A DNA stretch of 27,242 nt, taken from positions 1 to 27,242 of IMG/VR virus record IMGVR_UViG_3300037046_000214; one strand, written 5' to 3'. Made by a program: the position numbers and the translations under genes. Below the pieces are notes generated by a model. The model was not told where the DNA came from. It did not search any database and saw only the letters and a program-made list of their open reading frames with translations. Of the stretch, positions 22,535-27,242 are shown piece after piece. Positions within the stretch are counted from its first letter, which is position 1, and the number at the start of each line of letters is the position of its first letter. The stretch comes from a virus (Duplodnaviria > Caudoviricetes).

Positions 22535-25231
22535 ATGGCCAATAATTTTGCAGACGATTCCCGGATCATCGACTTCTGGCGGTTTGAAAATAATCTGATT
22601 GCCGGAAAAAACGGGAATGATTTAACTGCCTCTGCCGGTGGGGTGGGATATCTGGCTGATTTCCCCAGAGCGGGGGAAGTCGGCTTGGATCTCGAACGAA
22701 GCAGTGCTCAGTTTGCCAAAAGGCTTGATGCTGATTTAAGCGCCGGGTTCCCCCTAAAGAATGGCGATACGGTTAAAAAGGGAAGTTTTGCTTTTTGGTT
22801 CAAGCCTGAGAGCGTTACTTTCGGCTATGGCCACCATTTAATTCATAAAAGTGCGTATGAGAATGGTAAGTATAGTCTATATGTTTTATTGTGGAATAGT
22901 GGTGTAGACATAACTCTTAGAATAGTATGGGGTTATGGCGCAGGAACATCTATAGAAGAATGGACGGTAGCTGCTGTAACAGTCGGCACTGATTATCATT
23001 GCGGTATCGCCTTTGATGGGGCGGCAAAGACCTGTTTGGTGAGATTGTGGGATGGGGCGGTAGCTGCTACTTATACTTATGACTACGCCAACGAACTGAA
23101 TGTCGGCGACGGCGCCTTCCGCATCGGGACCAGCCCTTCCGAACAATCCACCCGCTGTTACGATGGACTCAAAGGCGAATTGGTTGTAGCTAATGACCTT
23201 TTCAGTGCGGATGAATTTGATCAGATCAGGCAAGGGATTTTCCCTCTTACAATAGACATTCTCCCTACTGGCATCTCTTCTGAAGCAGCCTTTGGGACTC
23301 CGGTGTTGACTCACCTCCCCAAACTAGTTCATTCCTCCAGAGCCGCTTACTCCCCCAACAAGAGCAACTTTTTTCTGGCCAATCGCGATTGGTACGGGAT
23401 GAAACTGAAGGTGGAACTGGGCTGGAACAAAGGCGGCGGGGCTTACACCGAATTTGTCCCCCTGTTCCTGGGTAAGATCACCAAATGGGGGCCGATCAGC
23501 CGGGCGGTTGATGCCGACGGTGCTGCCCAACCCAATACCTGCGAAATTTACGCCAAAGACTGGATCATGGACTGTCTGCAAAAGCGGATCGCCTTGCCGG
23601 CCGCCGACGGGACGCCCAACCCCCGGACTTTCGGGGAATTTCTCTGCGTGGCTGACCCCATTTCCGGATGGTCGCCGGCGCCGGTGCTCAGGTCCGCCGC
23701 TTTTGAGCAGAACGATTACTCGGAGCTTGATCTGACTTTTGCCTCCGGAGGCGGGGCCTTTTCCCTGGTCACGCCTGGCTTGACCGGCGATCGGGCCTTC
23801 CGGGCCGCAGTCACGGGGGCGAATCAAAAGGCCTATGGCTCCATCAAGCTGCCGTACTCCGGGGAGATGTTTGTCACCGGCGCCATGCGGTTCACGGCCA
23901 TGCCGGGGGACGTGGTCAAGCGCAATTTCCAGTTCCTCCGGTTGATGGATTCGGCCGGCGACTCGGTCTTTTCTGTCAGCGTCCAGGACAGCGGCATGAT
24001 GGAGGGGCATATCAAGGATTCTTCCTATGCCACCTCCAACTTTATGGTGGCCTCCTATCTGGGGGTTCCGGTGTCCTTCGCCATGTGGCTGTCTCCGCTG
24101 GTCCACGGCCGGGCCCGGCTCTGGATCAACGGCGACGAGGTCATGTCCTACGACGGCGACATCTCGGACCACAAGCCCAGGGAATTTAGGTTTGGGGCCG
24201 AAATAGCGGCTGTTGCCGAAAGCTGGACCGTAGAGTTTGACGACATCGAAGTCAAAAACCTCTATTATTACGACGCCTACCAGGTGACCGGCGGACCCTT
24301 TGAAAGCATCGGGGCGGTTTATCTCGACAAGGCGGCCCAAAACGATGTCCAGTTGATAGACTCCGGGACCCTGGAGGACCATTACCAGACCTTGATCCGG
24401 TATCCTCAATATGGCATGGTGCAGTTCACTTCCGATTGGCGGAAATACAAACCTTCCGGTGAGGTCATGTGTCGGGTGGTGGAATACGCCGGCGGCCGCC
24501 ACGCCCTGGACATCATCCAAAGCCTTCTGGCCGCGGCCGGGCTGACCGAATACATTGACCCCGCTTCCATCGACGCCGCCGCCTACGCTGCCGTCCCTCT
24601 GGACATCATCAACGCCCGGTTTGAGGGCGGCGGTGACCGGGCAAAGTTTGGCCTGAAAGACGTCGCCTCAACCGGGGTGCCAATAGCCGATGCCCTCAGA
24701 GAGATCACCTCCCGGTGCCTCTACTGGATATTCGTTGACGCCGGGGTGATCAAGGTTGTCCCCTACACCGGCATACCTCCGGCCAGCCCGGTCAGGGCCC
24801 TGGACAACAGCAATCTGAGGGAAGTGACCCAGACTATCGACCTGGAGAACATCAACGAATTCGTCAGCGCCGTTTATGGCTGGTACGACCGTAACCCGAC
24901 CTCGTTTGTCCTGGCGGGCACTCAAGAGGCCGGGGGGCTGGGGACCAGCCTGGACTACACCTGGGACAGTCCGGTGGCCTGCGAACGCCGGGACATGGTG
25001 GAGGCCAAGGTCAACCTGTTGCTGAAATTTTTGTCGGCCCAGGAGATGCTTGAGCCAGTCAGGATGAACCTGGCCGGGGCCCGCCTGGAACTCATGGATA
25101 CCGTGAGCGTGTCCGACCCGCTGCTGAACGATACTCCCGGGAATTATGCCATCACTCGCAAAGAGGTCAGCCTGACCCCGGGGGCATTTGAAACGAGCTT
25201 GCAACTCAGGCGTATTCTTGGAGAAAACTAA
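22535..25231 (+). CDS. LamG-like domain fused to the main body of a tail hub/Tal-like protein
   Basis: N-terminal ~235 aa is a paralogue of the 21126 domain. Then GISSEAAFGTP, KLKVELGW...FVPLFLGKI, ADALREI...IFVDAGVIKV and a LELMDTVSV...ITRKEVSL C-terminus typical of hub proteins. Confidence 0.75.
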   Translation: MANNFADDSRIIDFWRFENNLIAGKNGNDLTASAGGVGYLADFPRAGEVGLDLERSSAQFAKRLDADLSAGFPLKNGDTVKKGSFAFWFKPESVTFGYGHHLIHKSAYENGKYSLYVLLWNSGVDITLRIVWGYGAGTSIEEWTVAAVTVGTDYHCGIAFDGAAKTCLVRLWDGAVAATYTYDYANELNVGDGAFRIGTSPSEQSTRCYDGLKGELVVANDLFSADEFDQIRQGIFPLTIDILPTGISSEAAFGTPVLTHLPKLVHSSRAAYSPNKSNFFLANRDWYGMKLKVELGWNKGGGAYTEFVPLFLGKITKWGPISRAVDADGAAQPNTCEIYAKDWIMDCLQKRIALPAADGTPNPRTFGEFLCVADPISGWSPAPVLRSAAFEQNDYSELDLTFASGGGAFSLVTPGLTGDRAFRAAVTGANQKAYGSIKLPYSGEMFVTGAMRFTAMPGDVVKRNFQFLRLMDSAGDSVFSVSVQDSGMMEGHIKDSSYATSNFMVASYLGVPVSFAMWLSPLVHGRARLWINGDEVMSYDGDISDHKPREFRFGAEIAAVAESWTVEFDDIEVKNLYYYDAYQVTGGPFESIGAVYLDKAAQNDVQLIDSGTLEDHYQTLIRYPQYGMVQFTSDWRKYKPSGEVMCRVVEYAGGRHALDIIQSLLAAAGLTEYIDPASIDAAAYAAVPLDIINARFEGGGDRAKFGLKDVASTGVPIADALREITSRCLYWIFVDAGVIKVVPYTGIPPASPVRALDNSNLREVTQTIDLENINEFVSAVYGWYDRNPTSFVLAGTQEAGGLGTSLDYTWDSPVACERRDMVEAKVNLLLKFLSAQEMLEPVRMNLAGARLELMDTVSVSDPLLNDTPGNYAITRKEVSLTPGAFETSLQLRRILGEN
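22556..22590 (+). repeat. 35-bp exact direct repeat, copy 2
   Basis: Identical to 21147-21181. Confidence 0.9.
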
Positions 25232-26415
25232 TGGCTATACCGAACCCTAAATGGCTGGTGTCCGGCCCACAGGTGATCTGCAAGGCGGACTTCATCGAAC
25301 TTGAAGACGCCATTTTAGGAAGTGGTGCGGCTGGGCAGGGTGCCCCTCCTCTGGTCTGGGAGGATGCCGACACGGTGCGGGTCGATGCCACCGTTGATTG
25401 CCCGACTACGGCCCTGTTTACCGGATTCCCCAACATTTTTAACCCCGCCTCGCAGGTCCACGGGGGCCTGAGTGACAATATCGGCAGGACAATAACCGCC
25501 AACGTTTCCCTGGTCATAAGTTCCGGGGGAATATGGGGCACCGAGAAGGCGTCTCAGTGGTACGCGGTCCTGGCCTTGGCCGAGGATGCGGATACCGATT
25601 TTGTTCTCAAGGCCATGCCGTACATGCGGGTGAAAAGCCAGGCCGGAAATGTCCTCAGCCTGGGAAATCTCTTGGCGCCGGCAACCGGGATCGGCTACGG
25701 CCTCACCACGGACGAAATGGTTGGGGGCAAGGTCTATTTTCTCACCGGGGCCAGCAAGGGCCTCATGCGGGCCATCACCGCCAACAACAACGACGATGCC
25801 ACGGGGGGCACGGTCACCTATACCGGGGATACCCTGTCGGTGGCCGAGGGCGACTGGTTCATTATCCTCCCGCCTGGCTATAATTTCCGGTGGCTCGGGG
25901 ATCTGTGGAATGATTCAGGCAGCGACACCGCCGCCGTCGGGGATTTGATCCTTGGCGAGTCATCCTATCTGTTCACCGCTCATGAGCACTGGTTTTGTCC
26001 TCTCACCTGGAAAAGGGCTCGGGTCAACGGCGTGGCCGGCGGGGGCGGGGGCGGCAGCTGCGGCACCTACGGCGCCGGCGGCAAAGGCGGGGCCGGGGCC
26101 ATAGGGTTGCCGGTCACGGTTGTGCCGGGGACATATTACTCGATCACCCCCGGGGCCGGCGGGGCCGGCGGCACCAACAACGTGGGAACTGCCGGCACAA
26201 ATACCACCATCAGCGAAGGGGTATTGACCCTTACCGGCGGGGCCGGCGGTCCTTATACCGACACGGCCTTTGTCGGCGGCTCCTCCCCCTGGGGCGGCGG
26301 TGGTCTGTCCGAAGGCGAAGACGGCCAGGATTATGGCGGCGGCGGGGCCGGGGCGGATTACCTGTCGGCGGCCGGCAATGGCGCTAACGGGTTTTTGGAG
26401 ATTATGAGGTATTGA
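25231..26415 (+). CDS. Tail fibre/spike protein with a C-terminal glycine-rich domain
   Basis: AGGGGGG...GGAGA...VTVVPGTYYSITPGAGGAGG...GNGANGFLEI pattern of phage Gly-rich domains. Confidence 0.75.
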   Translation: MAIPNPKWLVSGPQVICKADFIELEDAILGSGAAGQGAPPLVWEDADTVRVDATVDCPTTALFTGFPNIFNPASQVHGGLSDNIGRTITANVSLVISSGGIWGTEKASQWYAVLALAEDADTDFVLKAMPYMRVKSQAGNVLSLGNLLAPATGIGYGLTTDEMVGGKVYFLTGASKGLMRAITANNNDDATGGTVTYTGDTLSVAEGDWFIILPPGYNFRWLGDLWNDSGSDTAAVGDLILGESSYLFTAHEHWFCPLTWKRARVNGVAGGGGGGSCGTYGAGGKGGAGAIGLPVTVVPGTYYSITPGAGGAGGTNNVGTAGTNTTISEGVLTLTGGAGGPYTDTAFVGGSSPWGGGGLSEGEDGQDYGGGGAGADYLSAAGNGANGFLEIMRY

Positions 26416-26446
26416 GGGGGCGCATTGATATGGGCAAGGAAACCGG

Positions 26447-26704
26447 ATGCAAATCTTATGGGTCAGTCTGATTTTATTAATATTGGGCGCCGGCTGCGCC
26501 CAGACGAATTACCCCCATATCTGGATCGTCAAAGACGCGGCGCAGATAGGGGGCAACCTCGGGCTTTACTGGCGTGGGGACAACACTATCTACCTGGCCC
26601 CTGGTGCTGACGAGAAGGTTTTTTGGCATGAATGGCGGCACTCCCAGGGAGATATGCTGGGGGAACAACCGGTGAATATGTTTGATCTGCTGGAGAAAAG
26701 ATAA
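26447..26704 (+). CDS. Small predicted lipoprotein with an HExxH motif
   Basis: Hydrophobic signal ending LGAG-C, followed by GLY...TIYL...VFWHEWRH. AAGGA RBS. Confidence 0.65.
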   Translation: MQILWVSLILLILGAGCAQTNYPHIWIVKDAAQIGGNLGLYWRGDNTIYLAPGADEKVFWHEWRHSQGDMLGEQPVNMFDLLEKR

Positions 26705-27242
26705 TGCCAGGGACTTTCATCTTAGATTTTCCCAACAACCGGGTCATTATTACCGGGGGCACCTCGGGGAGCCCGGCGGACTTCGCCTCATTCGTGGCGG
26801 CGGACCGGGCCGGGGCCGGGACTTCCCTCCTGGCGGCCTGGAGCCCCAACTCCAATACCAAGGCCCTGACCAATCAGGTGCGCCCGGTGGAACTCCTGGC
26901 CCTGCTGATCTCGTTTGTCGTGGCCGGCAAGACCGCCGAAACCGACTATATCTTCATCACCGGGACGGACGCCTGGGGTGCGGCTCAGACCGAAGCCATC
27001 AACGTGAGCGCCGGGGACGGCACCTACCCCACCACCAAGCGGTTTCGCACCATCACCAACATCGACTGTTCCGACAATGCGGCGGGCGGCGGCACGGTCT
27101 GGGCCAATGGCACGGTGGCGGTGACCCAGCCGATTTGGGGAGTGATTTGGCAGTTAACAAACAAAACTTATCAAATTGATGTTCGGATTGACTTTGGTAA
27201 TGGCTCCACGTCAACTTATTTCTTAGATAAGAGCCCCACAAC
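26704..27242 (+). CDS. Probable virion structural protein, 3'-truncated by the window edge (not in the ORF track)
   Basis: TAATG coupling with the previous stop. Open frame MPGTFILDFPNNRVIITGGTSGSPADF...ITGTDAWGAAQTEAI...TKRFRTIT...; Thr/Gly/Ala-rich. Confidence 0.75.
   Translation, partial: MPGTFILDFPNNRVIITGGTSGSPADFASFVAADRAGAGTSLLAAWSPNSNTKALTNQVRPVELLALLISFVVAGKTAETDYIFITGTDAWGAAQTEAINVSAGDGTYPTTKRFRTITNIDCSDNAAGGGTVWANGTVAVTQPIWGVIWQLTNKTYQIDVRIDFGNGSTSTYFLDKSPT

Larger units (their letters stand above)
663..27242 (+). mobile_element. Lambda-like siphovirus (pro)phage region: replication, packaging, head and non-contractile tail modules; extends beyond the window
   Basis: Co-oriented, tightly packed genes in canonical order: primase-helicase, terS, terL (GpA), gpW, portal, protease, capsid, neck, tube, chaperone, tape measure, tail tip. 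No sheath gene. No integrase or att site is visible, so integration is not shown. Confidence 0.95.

Noticed and set aside
21126-23340. Diversity-generating retroelement TR/VR pair
   Set aside because: Differences between the LamG copies involve all bases and are largely synonymous in the conserved blocks, not adenine-specific. No reverse transcriptase is present in the window.
21109-23341. Ribosomal bypassing or self-splicing introns rejoining the hub pieces
   Set aside because: A matching ATT codon exists before the first stop and before piece B, but the gaps (~0.8 and ~1.25 kb) are far longer than the 50-nt T4 gene 60 hop and are filled with ORFs. I see no group I/II intron ends, terminal repeats or target duplications. 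Not formally excluded without RNA data.
9957-24520. Long minus-strand ORFs (9957-11093, 13245-14612, 23324-24520 and others)
   Set aside because: Typical antisense open frames of high-GC coding sequence, lying opposite well-supported genes and lacking motifs.
26682-27179. 165-aa + strand ORF in the track
   Set aside because: Arg/His/Gly-rich off-frame shadow of the more plausible ORF starting at 26704.

Overview
This window is the replication-to-tail part of a GC-rich, lambda-like siphovirus genome, probably a prophage of a diderm host. Nearly all genes are on the + strand. In order: a divergent BamE/SmpA-like lipoprotein; a CII-like HTH regulator and small early genes; a dNMP kinase; a P4/D5-type primase-helicase followed by an iteron-rich origin; a candidate lambda-type cos site; terminase small and large (GpA) subunits; two small HTH genes; gpW; portal; protease with a nested scaffold; decoration protein; major capsid protein; neck proteins; tail tube; a G/GT tail chaperone with a -1 frameshift site; tape measure; distal tail protein; and tail-tip genes. 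No integrase, repressor, lysis, RNA genes or CRISPR array are visible. The most unusual feature is in the tail tip. One hub/Tal-like gene appears to be broken into three pieces by two related, AT-richer cassettes. Each cassette supplies a stop, a new start, a LamG-like domain and a GIxSxxAFGxP motif fused in frame to the next hub piece, and the second cassette also carries a 139-aa structural gene. All product calls come from recognising motifs and gene order by eye; no database searches were run.
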